Source: Escherichia phage LHE71. From it: a stretch of DNA of 50,158 nucleotides. The notes beneath the pieces were generated by a model, which searched no databases, was not told where the DNA came from, and saw nothing but the letters and a program-made list of their open reading frames with translations. How positions within the stretch are numbered: the first letter of the stretch is position 1; each line of letters starts with the position of its first letter. Shown here in pieces: positions 1-8,290 of the stretch. The translations under genes and the position numbers were made by a program. The stretch lies in the sequence record OP455115, one strand, 5' to 3'.

Positions 1-18
1 AAATCCATCCTCTCTGTT

Positions 19-33
19 TAACATTTAGTGCTA
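19..33. promoter_or_regulatory. Palindromic intergenic motif instance (TAACATTTAGTGCTA)
   Basis: Matches recurring 15-bp inverted repeat TAGCA(A/C)-N3-(G/T)TGCTA seen about 20 times in intergenic DNA. Confidence 0.35.
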
Positions 34-53
34 TTTTACCATATTGCAGACAT

Positions 54-75
54 AAAAAAACCCGCCGAAGCGGGT
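54..75 (-). terminator. Rho-independent terminator
   Basis: Stem CCCGC/GCGGG with 4-nt loop, followed by a 7-T run on the minus strand, immediately 3' of the 85..312 gene. Confidence 0.55.
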
Positions 76-84
76 TAGTGTTTA

Positions 85-312
85 TCACGACAATCGTCGC
101 TTAATTCCTTTAGGGTGGGTCTGAGCTTTAGAGTAGCAGTGAGCAAGGTCGCCAGTCATTTCCCATTGGTCCTTCTTGGCTGAGTAGGTAAGCCATACGC
201 CAGTTTTATCCTTAGCGTCCATCGCAATTGCTGCCGCAACAAGTGCGAAGCCAGCAAACAAACCAGCACCAAAAATAACGATACCAGCAAGAATCAATAA
301 AAAAATGGTCAT
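85..312 (-). CDS. Small membrane protein, unknown function
   Basis: 75-aa ORF, SD AAGGAG upstream, N-terminal hydrophobic segment. Confidence 0.55.
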   Translation of the reverse strand: MTIFLLILAGIVIFGAGLFAGFALVAAAIAMDAKDKTGVWLTYSAKKDQWEMTGDLAHCYSKAQTHPKGIKRRLS

Positions 313-313
313 G

Positions 314-499
314 TTAAATCTCCTTGATTAATTCAATGTTTATTTTGTGGGTGTCAAGATTAGCTCCAGAAAGTTTCTTTGCTTTCGTGATGGCTTCTGC
401 CTGACTGGTTGCAGATAATTCAGCTTCGAAAGATTGTTTGCACGACTGGCAAAACATACCCATCTTTCGAATGATTAATTTAACTTTGAATCGCTTCAT
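314..499 (-). CDS. Hypothetical protein
   Basis: 61-aa ORF tightly packed in the minus-strand early operon. Confidence 0.45.
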   Translation of the reverse strand: MKRFKVKLIIRKMGMFCQSCKQSFEAELSATSQAEAITKAKKLSGANLDTHKINIELIKEI

Positions 500-641
500 C
501 TTCCTGCGCCTTAATCATAACGCCAGCAATGCGACCAATTACAGCCTCGCCAGGATTTAATCGCTTTTTATAACGAGTGGTTTCACCGTTGCGAGTTACT
601 TTAATTTCAATTTTGATTGATTCGTCTTTAGTGTTTTGCAT
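480..641 (-). CDS. Hypothetical small protein (about 53 aa)
   Basis: ORF absent from the supplied track (below its size cutoff); ATG with AAGGGG-like SD; overlaps the next gene start by about 20 nt. Confidence 0.3.
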   Translation of the reverse strand: MQNTKDESIKIEIKVTRNGETTRYKKRLNPGEAVIGRIAGVMIKAQEDEAIQS

Positions 642-805
642 TATGCAATCCCCTTGAATTGTTGCCGCTTACGGGTCTGCGGCGTTGCTTAACCACTATG
701 CAACCGAGCTTGTTAGCTGGAAGAGTGAGAATCGTCTCACGCGTTGCGCTTCATTGCGCCTCGTCTGTCTACGGGATTAATACTATCACCGCTCAGGGAC
801 GTAGG

Positions 806-1009
806 TCAATCATTAATTTCAAATTGGCCCTTAGTAATATCCTGCGGGTAATCAACCTCATGCAGGTTTCCATCATCGCCGTACGCATATACGAGTCTAT
901 TTGCTTTATTTACTTTTTCAACATCGTACAAGCACCCCGCTGAGAAAGCATCGCTATTGCGTGACGTGATGCATCGAACCTGATCGCCTTTCTTTGGTAA
1001 ATTAGCCAT
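806..1009 (-). CDS. Hypothetical protein, member of small paralogous domain family
   Basis: 67 aa; carries the VRCITS...LYDV...DDGN pattern shared with 4233..4871, 12582..12998 and 16401..16577. Confidence 0.5.
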   Translation of the reverse strand: MANLPKKGDQVRCITSRNSDAFSAGCLYDVEKVNKANRLVYAYGDDGNLHEVDYPQDITKGQFEIND

Positions 1010-1239
1010 TATTCGTAATCCCCTTCTTTGTTACCTACGCGCCCGGCAATATACCCGGCAGTCCAGACAAATTTGTAGCGATCGATGAGTAATTCGACCT
1101 TTTTGTGGTGAGCAGAAATAACGTCAATCATGATCTTGTCGTTTTTCCGATCTTCTTTTTTCATGCCACTGACGAATTTATTTAATTCCTTCGCCGCGCG
1201 CTTTACTACGTTCCATTCCGCTTCACTTAAACCGAACAT
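1009..1239 (-). CDS. Hypothetical protein
   Basis: 76-aa ORF, start overlaps upstream stop. Confidence 0.5.
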   Translation of the reverse strand: MFGLSEAEWNVVKRAAKELNKFVSGMKKEDRKNDKIMIDVISAHHKKVELLIDRYKFVWTAGYIAGRVGNKEGDYE

Positions 1240-1583
1240 TATTTACCTCTCCCAAATGAAAAATTAACACCTAAAACCTGATTGCAAACTGATTCCATGT
1301 ATCGCAACTGGTATTGAGCAACCTTTGAAGGACTTAATTCATCGGCAAATAAATCATCAACATTGATTTCTTTTTTATGCTTGCGCTTCCATGCCTTGAT
1401 AATGTTTGGCAAGATGCGCTCGCTTTTCCATGCTGCAAACTCAGCTTGATTAGTTGATGCAGGCGTAAGTTGCTTTTCAATCTGGTTTAGCAACTCATCG
1501 GTTGCTCCTTTTACGTGCAATTGATCGCTGATAGCATCAAGGATTTCACGAGCTTGCTTCTCTGACAGGTTAATAGTAATCAT
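1239..1583 (-). CDS. Hypothetical protein
   Basis: 114-aa ORF, overlapping start/stop with neighbours. Confidence 0.5.
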   Translation of the reverse strand: MITINLSEKQAREILDAISDQLHVKGATDELLNQIEKQLTPASTNQAEFAAWKSERILPNIIKAWKRKHKKEINVDDLFADELSPSKVAQYQLRYMESVCNQVLGVNFSFGRGK

Positions 1584-1789
1584 GCCTCTTCTCCTTCATC
1601 TTCGATCGGTGTAAAAAACAGAGTGTTCACTGCCGGGTTATAATAAACTCCGTCGTCATAGTCGCTTTCTTTCACTTTAATGAAAACGCCGCAACCGTCA
1701 TGCATGAAATCACCGTTATCAGTATGAACGAGTTCGAATACTTCAGAAGTTTTAGTGCAAGTGAAAAACTTATCAGTTGATACCATCAT
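1580..1789 (-). CDS. Hypothetical protein
   Basis: 69-aa ORF directly downstream of a promoter-like module. Confidence 0.5.
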   Translation of the reverse strand: MMVSTDKFFTCTKTSEVFELVHTDNGDFMHDGCGVFIKVKESDYDDGVYYNPAVNTLFFTPIEDEGEEA

Positions 1790-1849
1790 TTCTATTTTCT
1801 CTCTTCGTTGTCGATGAGGTAACTATATCAAATCACCCCACCGACGTTT

Positions 1850-1864
1850 TAGCAATTAGTGCTA
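1850..1864. promoter_or_regulatory. Palindromic intergenic motif instance (TAGCAATTAGTGCTA)
   Basis: 15-bp inverted repeat; on the minus strand followed after 22 nt by TATAGT and a conserved leader. Confidence 0.45.
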
Positions 1865-2434
1865 TTTATTGATGAACGTAGCGGCTATGTGCTGAGCGGT
1901 AATTTCTGGATGACCTTCTATAGCAAAGAAATCACACTCCTGATAACCATTAACCCCGATCATATCGTCCAGATAAATATAATCACGGCTGTCGTTGTCA
2001 AAGTTGCAGCCTTTGCGATGGATTCGGCATAGCTTGACCTGGATATCACCTTCAATCATCTGCAATACCTCATCCTTGAATCCTCCATCTGTAAATACCG
2101 ACAGAGAATCTGACTCTTTTACCTTGCATTCCGCTCGCATACCGAAAAATCGATTGCCAAATTGCGGCTTGATTACCTCCTCGCTAATCCAGATCATAAA
2201 TTGCCGTGGGCTTTTACCGTTCAGGATAGATGCTGGCTCTTCTTTATATCGACGGTCCTCATACAGGAACATGAAATACTCGAAATTAGCCTCACCCAAT
2301 ATTGCTCGTGCAATCTCAAACATTGGCGCTTTGAAGCTTCGTAGCGCTACGTGATCGTAAGTGTCAGCCAGGATGCATCCGATAGTGTCTTTTCCAGCGC
2401 CTGGTGCACCGTTTAAAATGATAGCTGTTTTCAT
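1862..2434 (-). CDS. P-loop kinase, deoxynucleoside monophosphate kinase-like
   Basis: Walker A GAPGAGKDT near N-terminus and LNGKSP motif; resembles phage dNMP kinases from memory. Confidence 0.55.
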   Translation of the reverse strand: MKTAIILNGAPGAGKDTIGCILADTYDHVALRSFKAPMFEIARAILGEANFEYFMFLYEDRRYKEEPASILNGKSPRQFMIWISEEVIKPQFGNRFFGMRAECKVKESDSLSVFTDGGFKDEVLQMIEGDIQVKLCRIHRKGCNFDNDSRDYIYLDDMIGVNGYQECDFFAIEGHPEITAQHIAATFINK

Positions 2435-2435
2435 G

Positions 2436-2546
2436 TTAGTATCTCCCTAAAAATAATTTTGCCACATTGATGATGGTGTGATTGATGATTAACAGTATAA
2501 TAACCGTTAATACCGGATGCGCTGCAATAAATTCGTACATGTTCAT
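2436..2546 (-). CDS. Small hydrophobic peptide (36 aa)
   Basis: ORF absent from the supplied track (below its size cutoff); ATGA overlap with the HAD gene stop; predicted single TM segment. Confidence 0.35.
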   Translation of the reverse strand: MNMYEFIAAHPVLTVIILLIINHTIINVAKLFLGRY

Positions 2547-3076
2547 TCATCTACTCCGTGAGATTTTAAATGATCGTGGACGTTATCGCCATAGTCAACT
2601 ACAGCATACGTAGTTATTCCAAGCGATCGGAATAATGGAATAATTTGCGGTGAGTCATCCCAAGCTGCCAGAATGTTATCAACGCCGATCGCGCGCACCG
2701 CCTCTTCTTTCATTACCGTGTCTTTGCGGTTGTCGGTATGCGGCCTCATGACTAAGTAATCATATCTTGCGCCGTGATGCTTAAGCCATAACTCAGATGC
2801 GTAACGCACCTCATCGCTTCTCCCGGTTAAAATGATCACATGATAACCAGCTGCAAACATAGAGTTCATCACTTCAATCGTACTCTGGATTGGGTTATCA
2901 AATATTGCCGCGCGGTTAAACTCAGACCAGCTTTCAGTCAAGTGCAAATCCTTTGTCGGTAGCAGGTGAAGTCGCTTTGAGCCATCACTCAGCGTTCCGT
3001 CAAAGTCAAAGATTGCTACGCGGCGCGTGCCGAGAAACAGGTTGATAGTCTGACCCCAAATGGTGACTTTATCCAT
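2543..3076 (-). CDS. HAD-superfamily phosphatase
   Basis: HAD motif I FDFDGTL (DxDxT) near N-terminus; 177 aa. Confidence 0.6.
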   Translation of the reverse strand: MDKVTIWGQTINLFLGTRRVAIFDFDGTLSDGSKRLHLLPTKDLHLTESWSEFNRAAIFDNPIQSTIEVMNSMFAAGYHVIILTGRSDEVRYASELWLKHHGARYDYLVMRPHTDNRKDTVMKEEAVRAIGVDNILAAWDDSPQIIPLFRSLGITTYAVVDYGDNVHDHLKSHGVDE

Positions 3077-3279
3077 TACGCTTTCTCCTGTACGCGAATG
3101 ATTTTGATGGTTAATTCTTCTTCAACAATTTTGTAGCCGGATGATTCAAATTTACTCTCACGAGTCTGATTGCATGAATCAATAACTACCTGGCTATTCT
3201 GAATATCGTCAGCCATGCCGATTAGCATGCTAACGATCTGCGTTCTCGTTTCGTTGCTCATTCCGGTAATAGTTTTCAT
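3076..3279 (-). CDS. Hypothetical protein
   Basis: 67-aa ORF downstream of a promoter-like module. Confidence 0.5.
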   Translation of the reverse strand: MKTITGMSNETRTQIVSMLIGMADDIQNSQVVIDSCNQTRESKFESSGYKIVEEELTIKIIRVQEKA

Positions 3280-3346
3280 ATTGATTCCTCTGATTGGTTG
3301 CTTAACTCAACGAAGGGCATTCTATCAAATGCCCTTGAGCAAGTTT

Positions 3347-3361
3347 TAGCAATTCGTGTTA
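3347..3361. promoter_or_regulatory. Palindromic intergenic motif instance (TAGCAATTCGTGTTA)
   Basis: Inverted repeat; 22 nt to TAGAAT with TGn extension on the minus strand. Confidence 0.45.
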
Positions 3362-3808
3362 TTACCAGTAATCGACCTCGTAGTCGGCCCAAGCGTCAAA
3401 ATCACTTTGGCAGAATGTGCCGCTATAATTTTCCATAATTTCATCGATCAGGAAGTAGCATGATTCGCCGTTACGATAGAAGTATGAATCTGCAACGTTG
3501 CGCGCCCAGCGCCCGGCGTCCTTCTTACTCATCTTCCAGCGCTTCATTGCGATTTTCTTGAATGCACGCACAACACGTTTGCGGATCTTGATATGCTTGT
3601 ACACCGCGTTGCAGCCGTAAGCCATATATTCATTATTACCAATATTCTGCATGATGTACGGATTAACGTCTTTTGACGTAATCATCAGATCGCCATCGCC
3701 GCGACGCGCATCATAAATGCTTGCTGTCATGTAGTGGCCTTTGAACATTCCAATGCCGTGCAGAGTGTATTCATTATTAGGTGTGTCAATGCAAATTAAG
3801 TGTTTCAT
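3362..3808 (-). CDS. Hypothetical protein
   Basis: Start moved to internal Met MKHLICID, which has SD GAGGAA; the longer ORF start lacks an SD. Confidence 0.5.
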   Translation of the reverse strand: MKHLICIDTPNNEYTLHGIGMFKGHYMTASIYDARRGDGDLMITSKDVNPYIMQNIGNNEYMAYGCNAVYKHIKIRKRVVRAFKKIAMKRWKMSKKDAGRWARNVADSYFYRNGESCYFLIDEIMENYSGTFCQSDFDAWADYEVDYW

Positions 3809-3865
3809 GAGTGATTCCTCGTTTGTTGGTGTAGGGGAATCATAGCGCATTCCCCTTGATAGGTT

Positions 3866-4084
3866 TTAGCAATTCGTGCTATTCGTTTTAATAGTGATGC
3901 AAAAATAATTTTTTAAGCACGTCACCACGCGCGCTGAATCGACTTGTGGAAGCCTTAAAATTTCATGGACCAGTTGCACTGGCGACACCTCAGATTTGTA
4001 GTAGTGTGCGATTCTGGAGGTGTTTGGGCGCATTCCTTCCACTGCGTCGCGTGCTGCATCTTCTGCTGTCATGATAGTAGCCAT
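3866..4084 (-). CDS. Hypothetical protein
   Basis: 72-aa ORF with AAGGGTG SD; its 3' end runs into the palindromic motif. Confidence 0.4.
   Translation of the reverse strand: MATIMTAEDAARDAVEGMRPNTSRIAHYYKSEVSPVQLVHEILRLPQVDSARVVTCLKNYFCITIKTNSTNC
3867..3881. promoter_or_regulatory. Palindromic intergenic motif instance (TAGCAATTCGTGCTA)
   Basis: Inverted repeat; 22 nt to TATGAT on the minus strand, with -10 inside a hairpin loop. Confidence 0.45.
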
Positions 4085-4179
4085 AAAACACCCTTAAGAG
4101 ATAATGTCAGGACCAGGAGGCAAAATAGCAACTCCTGAAATGATGGCGGCTCGTTATTCCAGTTAGTGAAGTCTGGCAT
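4072..4179 (-). CDS. Small hydrophobic peptide (35 aa), speculative
   Basis: ORF absent from the supplied track (below its size cutoff); SD GGAG 9 nt upstream of ATG; hydrophobic; overlaps next gene start. Confidence 0.25.
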
Positions 4180-4190
4180 AGTTCTTTCTC

Positions 4191-4225
4191 CAAAAGAAAG
4201 GGGAACCGTTCAGAGCCGATTCCCC
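4191..4225 (-). terminator. Candidate rho-independent terminator
   Basis: Stem GGGGAA/TTCCCC with 14-nt loop followed by a T-rich tract on the minus strand, after the 4233..4871 gene. Confidence 0.4.
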
Positions 4226-4232
4226 ATTAGCA

Positions 4233-4871
4233 TTACATGATGAAAAGCAGCGAAATAGCAGCGACCAGGAGAACAAGCGAGGCGGCAAGATTGAATAAAT
4301 CCACCTTCTCTTTAAACTTCAGCGCTGGCTTGTGGTCAACTTCCGACGGCTTGACGTTATGGATCTTGTTAGCTGCAATCTTGCCGTTAACGCAGAAAGT
4401 GCTCTTACGCTTCTTGCCGAACGTTGCGAACTTAGTGCCGCCGCTGTTCCAACGAAGACCTTCGCCGTTGTGGGTTACGGTAGCAATGCGGTGACGGCCC
4501 GTGTCGTCGGTCAGCGCTACAGTGTGCTTTGCGTGCTCAGTAGGCACGTCGTAGATTTTGCCAACGGTAAATTTTTTGGTGTTATCACTGATACATTCAA
4601 ATTTCATAAATTTTACCTCTTTATTATGCAGTTGGTTGATTGCTTCGATTACGTCGTTAAATTTAACACCATCCACGATTCGATGGAAGATATATTTTGA
4701 ACTACCGCCATAAGGCAGGAAAATTTCCTGATATTCGTGACGCCTGACAACGTTCACATTGCATCCGTTCTCATCAGTAATGATAAAACTATCATCATTT
4801 ACTCGCGCACCTTTGTAAGTTTTGCCCCACTTGAAACCAGATCCGCTACTCGATACACATTCAAATTTCAT
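4233..4871 (-). CDS. Membrane-anchored protein with two tandem copies of the small paralogous domain
   Basis: Internal repeat MKFEC(V/I)S...GK(T/I)Y twice; C-terminal hydrophobic anchor LAASLVLLVAAISLLFIM. Confidence 0.55.
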   Translation of the reverse strand: MKFECVSSSGSGFKWGKTYKGARVNDDSFIITDENGCNVNVVRRHEYQEIFLPYGGSSKYIFHRIVDGVKFNDVIEAINQLHNKEVKFMKFECISDNTKKFTVGKIYDVPTEHAKHTVALTDDTGRHRIATVTHNGEGLRWNSGGTKFATFGKKRKSTFCVNGKIAANKIHNVKPSEVDHKPALKFKEKVDLFNLAASLVLLVAAISLLFIM

Positions 4872-5155
4872 GGTTTAATGATCCTGTAAGGTTTGATTGA
4901 TAACATCACGTATTGCGTGAAGTCGCATTCTTGATCGTCATAGCCGCGATTGATGTATGGCGTCACGTCGGTAACATCGGACACCCTGGCATGTACTTCC
5001 CATCCGGTAAACTCACCGCGATCGAACTCGCATAGCTCAAGGATATCTCCAAGCTGGAATTTTCGGTCATTGATGCGGAACTCCGCTGTTTTGTTCCCGT
5101 TCATTACACCGATGAAATGTACCGGGGCGATTTTTAACTTATGAGTTTTGCTCAT
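4868..5155 (-). CDS. ASCH/DUF3850-like PUA-fold protein
   Basis: 95 aa; HKLKI...F...G.KT.E.R.NDR.FQ.GD.L pattern typical of DUF3850 from memory. Confidence 0.5.
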   Translation of the reverse strand: MSKTHKLKIAPVHFIGVMNGNKTAEFRINDRKFQLGDILELCEFDRGEFTGWEVHARVSDVTDVTPYINRGYDDQECDFTQYVMLSIKPYRIIKP

Positions 5156-5173
5156 CTTTCTTTACCTCGAATG

Positions 5174-5356
5174 TCACGTTCCAGAATTTATTGCCTCATG
5201 AATGATAGATACGTCCTGAGACGTGAGTTCGTGCAATGCGTGCCCGATAATCTCCATTCGGTCATTCGGCGCCATTCCACGAAGTGATTCACGTATGCGC
5301 GATGCCTTGTCGTAAATCTGCCATTGGGTGAGTCGTGTAGCCATAGCTGATTCCAT
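5174..5356 (-). CDS. Hypothetical protein
   Basis: 60-aa ORF with protein-like composition; preferred over the overlapping 5188..5382 frame. Confidence 0.4.
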   Translation of the reverse strand: MESAMATRLTQWQIYDKASRIRESLRGMAPNDRMEIIGHALHELTSQDVSIIHEAINSGT

Positions 5357-5378
5357 GATGAGTTAACTCGAATGTCTC

Positions 5379-5591
5379 TCATTGATTTTCTGCCTCTTCC
5401 GCCGCCAGGATAAGCGCCGCCGCTAATTTGCGAGCCGCGTCAGGTGAGTATTGCATCAGTGTTTGGCCATCTGCGTAACCCTCAGGATCGAAGTCCAGGT
5501 TGACAACATTACCACGAACGGTTCCCATCGTGACGCTGACCTCTGCTTGGTCAAAGTTAACATCGTCAATACGTACAGTTTCCATAATCAT
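5379..5591 (-). CDS. Hypothetical acidic protein
   Basis: 70-aa ORF downstream of a promoter-like module. Confidence 0.5.
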   Translation of the reverse strand: MIMETVRIDDVNFDQAEVSVTMGTVRGNVVNLDFDPEGYADGQTLMQYSPDAARKLAAALILAAEEAENQ

Positions 5592-5643
5592 TTCCTCTTC
5601 GTTGTTGATATGGCAATCATAGCTGACTACCCGATTTATTGTT

Positions 5644-5658
5644 TAGCAATTCGTGCTA
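5644..5658. promoter_or_regulatory. Palindromic intergenic motif instance (TAGCAATTCGTGCTA)
   Basis: Inverted repeat; 22 nt to TATGAT on the minus strand. Confidence 0.45.
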
Positions 5659-5722
5659 TTTAATAACTTCTTGATGCGATTGCGATAAAACTGCATTATG
5701 TGCTCATTGTGCCAATTGCTCA

Positions 5723-6220
5723 TTATTTCACCTCGTAGCGTACAAGCGTTCCGCGCTTAATGCTGATTTCACCTGATACCGTCTTGTTCTTAAATCCGCC
5801 GTAATGCAACAGGAGAATCACCACATCATCGTGTACCTCAATAGTTTTAGGAGTGGCGGTAATATCGATCCATGATTCGCTATCAAGTTGGACACCCTTT
5901 AGCGTCGCGCTCAATGGCATGTTCTCGATCTGAGTGCACTGTAGCGATGGCTTGATTTCTGGCTTTGCGCTATGAAAGATGGCTCGGCCAGCTTTCCAAC
6001 CAGCTTTCCAGCCAGGACCAACATACTCAACATAATATGGAAGAGATGGGATGTTATCAGGGTTGTGATTGTTATGAAGCTCAATGAGATTGCCAACGAT
6101 AGACGGATGGCACTCATTGAATGACGAATCTGTTGCACGGTCTTTGCTATGGCAGGTTATTTTCCCGCAGCTAATAGTGTTAAAAACCACAGGGAATTTA
6201 ATCTCGTTTAATTTCAACAT
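5723..6220 (-). CDS. Hypothetical Cys/His-rich protein
   Basis: 165-aa ORF next to the DpdA-like/YhhQ-like pair; N-terminal C-x4-CH...CH cluster; no family recognised. Confidence 0.5.
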   Translation of the reverse strand: MLKLNEIKFPVVFNTISCGKITCHSKDRATDSSFNECHPSIVGNLIELHNNHNPDNIPSLPYYVEYVGPGWKAGWKAGRAIFHSAKPEIKPSLQCTQIENMPLSATLKGVQLDSESWIDITATPKTIEVHDDVVILLLHYGGFKNKTVSGEISIKRGTLVRYEVK

Positions 6221-6287
6221 AATGATTTCCTCTTATTGGTTGCTCTGCTTCAATAAGGACACTATAACAAATGTCCTTGCGGAAGGT

Positions 6288-7115
6288 TTAGCAATTCGTG
6301 CTATTCCACTCGCTAATTTTCGGAGGCTTTACAGATTCAATGCAGTTCTTCAATATCGCACACCTTTCGGCAAGTATGTCTGATTTGCTGCCACCTTTGG
6401 AAAGGCATTGATCTACAGCTTGCTTAACGTCATCAGTATCAATCCACTTATCCTTGTGGATACTCCTCCTGCAAGCCTCAATTGTCACTACTTTATTTAT
6501 GGCAAGGTACTTAGGAACGTTGCAAGCCAGGTTAGTGCTATCTGCTGAGTTTAGAGGGTAGTTACCTAAAACTCTTCCATCAAGCATCCTTAATCCATGC
6601 AGCTTCACGTCAACCTGTGATTCTTTAACTGCTGAGAAAGCCTCGCTTATTCTTTGCTTCCACTTAGCGGATCTGACTGTTGCAAATTCACCAGAAGAAC
6701 CCATGCATACCCAATCCCATTTTTCACACAGACTTATCAGCCTACTGATTGGCTCATGCATATGCCACACCGGGGCGGCCTTGCTTTTAAGATCTGACGG
6801 CAGTTGAGATATGAGCTTATCATTATCCTCCGCGCTTCCTGTTATATCATCAGGGATAACAAAGAATCTCAATTTAGGATTATCAAACCAGTCAGGAAGA
6901 AAGTTGAAATAAAACTCCCTCCAGTCCTGAACCTTTCCGCTCTTCCACTTTGAGAATGCCCCATTATCTATGCATACCGTCTCAGCCACATCGAAGGCTA
7001 GCTTTATCTGGTCTGGTCGCTCAAAGGATACGAACGCACCACTTCCACGGTGCGCAATTCGTGCAATCCTTCCCTTATCTCCCCATATTGGAGATCCGTG
7101 AAAGTGAATTGTCAT
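6288..7115 (-). CDS. Alpha/beta enzyme, candidate tRNA-guanine-transglycosylase-like DNA-modification enzyme (DpdA-like)
   Basis: 275 aa with alternating strand/helix pattern; IDNGAF resembles the TGT DSGGFQ motif; ATGA-coupled to the upstream YhhQ-like gene. Function is inference. Confidence 0.4.
   Translation of the reverse strand: MTIHFHGSPIWGDKGRIARIAHRGSGAFVSFERPDQIKLAFDVAETVCIDNGAFSKWKSGKVQDWREFYFNFLPDWFDNPKLRFFVIPDDITGSAEDNDKLISQLPSDLKSKAAPVWHMHEPISRLISLCEKWDWVCMGSSGEFATVRSAKWKQRISEAFSAVKESQVDVKLHGLRMLDGRVLGNYPLNSADSTNLACNVPKYLAINKVVTIEACRRSIHKDKWIDTDDVKQAVDQCLSKGGSKSDILAERCAILKNCIESVKPPKISEWNSTNC
6289..6303. promoter_or_regulatory. Palindromic intergenic motif instance (TAGCAATTCGTGCTA)
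   Basis: Inverted repeat; 22 nt to TGtTATAGT (extended -10) inside a hairpin loop on the minus strand. Confidence 0.45.
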
Positions 7116-7591
7116 AGTTTAAATTTCCTCATGATAGCTATGATTATAAATGCGCCAACTGTCTTAGCTGCGAATTGTGCCAATGAAACATCAATCATTA
7201 CCGTTCCGAATGCTATCATCGGGAATGCTATTGAGTCAATCGCAGCCGACACTGTATTTGCGGGAATGGATTTACTGTAGAAATCACCACGCTTGAATTT
7301 GAACGTTATAGCGCTGCCTGTGCCAGCCAGCATTACCGATGACACTGAGGCGATCGCTATCATCCCTGCGTCTGGATCTATCAAAACGGTAGCAATACCT
7401 GCTGAAAGGCAAGCAATCATAGAATGCCAGAAACCAAATTTGTGCTGTATCTTATCCCTGATAACCATATCTGCCGATATGATTACGAGCGCATTAATCG
7501 GAGTGGCCCACACACCGAAATATGCAACCGACAGGTTTGCTGAAACATACAGCAAAACGAACAATGCAACCATTACTGATAACTTACGCAT
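7112..7591 (-). CDS. Multi-pass membrane protein, YhhQ/queuosine-precursor-transporter-like
   Basis: 159 aa, several TM helices; motifs SANL...W, SAD, NTVSAAIDSIAF..IAFG line up with recalled E. coli YhhQ motifs. Confidence 0.45.
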   Translation of the reverse strand: MRKLSVMVALFVLLYVSANLSVAYFGVWATPINALVIISADMVIRDKIQHKFGFWHSMIACLSAGIATVLIDPDAGMIAIASVSSVMLAGTGSAITFKFKRGDFYSKSIPANTVSAAIDSIAFPMIAFGTVMIDVSLAQFAAKTVGAFIIIAIMRKFKL

Positions 7592-7712
7592 ACTGGCTCT
7601 CCTGAGAAAATTGGTATAATTTGGATATTCGGTCTTACCTGCCTGATTCTGTTTACGGTTGATTCGTCACTTAGAGGATAAAAAACACCATTTACTAGCC
7701 ACCCTATCCTAG

Positions 7713-7883
7713 TCATTCGTCAGACTCTCCAATATATTTAGCCTCTTTCCATTGAGAGTATGCATCTTGCTCGCTGAACCCGTAGCCAGTAAAGCCACCA
7801 CCTTGACACATGAATCGCTTAAATTTCATGATTCCTTTGTAGCTGTAGCCACGGTCGGTGATTTTGCATTCTTCGTTAATCAT
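7713..7883 (-). CDS. Small hypothetical protein (56 aa)
   Basis: ORF absent from the supplied track (below its size cutoff); SD GAGGAAA upstream of ATG; directly downstream of a promoter-like module. Confidence 0.4.
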   Translation of the reverse strand: MINEECKITDRGYSYKGIMKFKRFMCQGGGFTGYGFSEQDAYSQWKEAKYIGESDE

Positions 7884-7942
7884 CTTCGTTTCCTCGCTCG
7901 TTGTCGATGGGATAACTATACCAGGTTATCCCGATCCAGTTT

Positions 7943-7957
7943 TAACAAAAAGTGCTA
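7943..7957. promoter_or_regulatory. Palindromic intergenic motif instance (TAACAAAAAGTGCTA)
   Basis: Inverted repeat; 22 nt to TGgTATAGT then leader TTATCCCATCGACAACGAG on the minus strand. Confidence 0.45.
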
Positions 7958-8278
7958 CTCTACGATGAACTCAACATTTACCGGGGTCCACTCTTCCATC
8001 CTGGGGATTGAGAGATTTTCCACCTCGCACATATTCCCCTCAACCTTGACAAGTTTTAATTTTTGGTTATTCACCTTCTGCATTCTCATCACGAGGTATC
8101 TTGCTTTCTCGTTTATGGTGCGTTTATCCACGCCTTTTGTGAAGTACATGGGGCCAACAGTGTCGAGGTTTATTTTGATTGACCGCTTACCAATCAGTGC
8201 ATCAGCTATTACCTGAATGTTTGCGTTCTGCTTTGCGTATGCGTAGCGGCCCTCTTCTGTTGTTACGTGTTCAAACAT
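7955..8278 (-). CDS. Hypothetical protein
   Basis: Start set at ATG 8278, which has SD GGAGGA 6 nt upstream. Confidence 0.5.
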   Translation of the reverse strand: MFEHVTTEEGRYAYAKQNANIQVIADALIGKRSIKINLDTVGPMYFTKGVDKRTINEKARYLVMRMQKVNNQKLKLVKVEGNMCEVENLSIPRMEEWTPVNVEFIVE

Positions 8279-8290
8279 AATCACTCCTCC

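Noticed and set aside
1995-2354. Plus-strand ORFs inside minus-strand genes (this one and similar: 4237..4700, 14795..15265, 24616..25122, 36314..38490 and others in the track)
   Set aside because: Shadow ORFs embedded antisense or out-of-frame within longer, better-supported genes; low-complexity translations
5188-5382. ORF overlapping 5174..5356 in another frame
   Set aside because: Translation is Arg/Trp/Ser-rich and non-protein-like; the 5174..5356 frame has ordinary helical composition
5643-5723. 26-aa ORF ending in the palindromic motif (NSTNC-stop)
   Set aside because: Too short, no SD of its own, and its sequence is the promoter module for the next gene; the motif commonly supplies stop codons by chance
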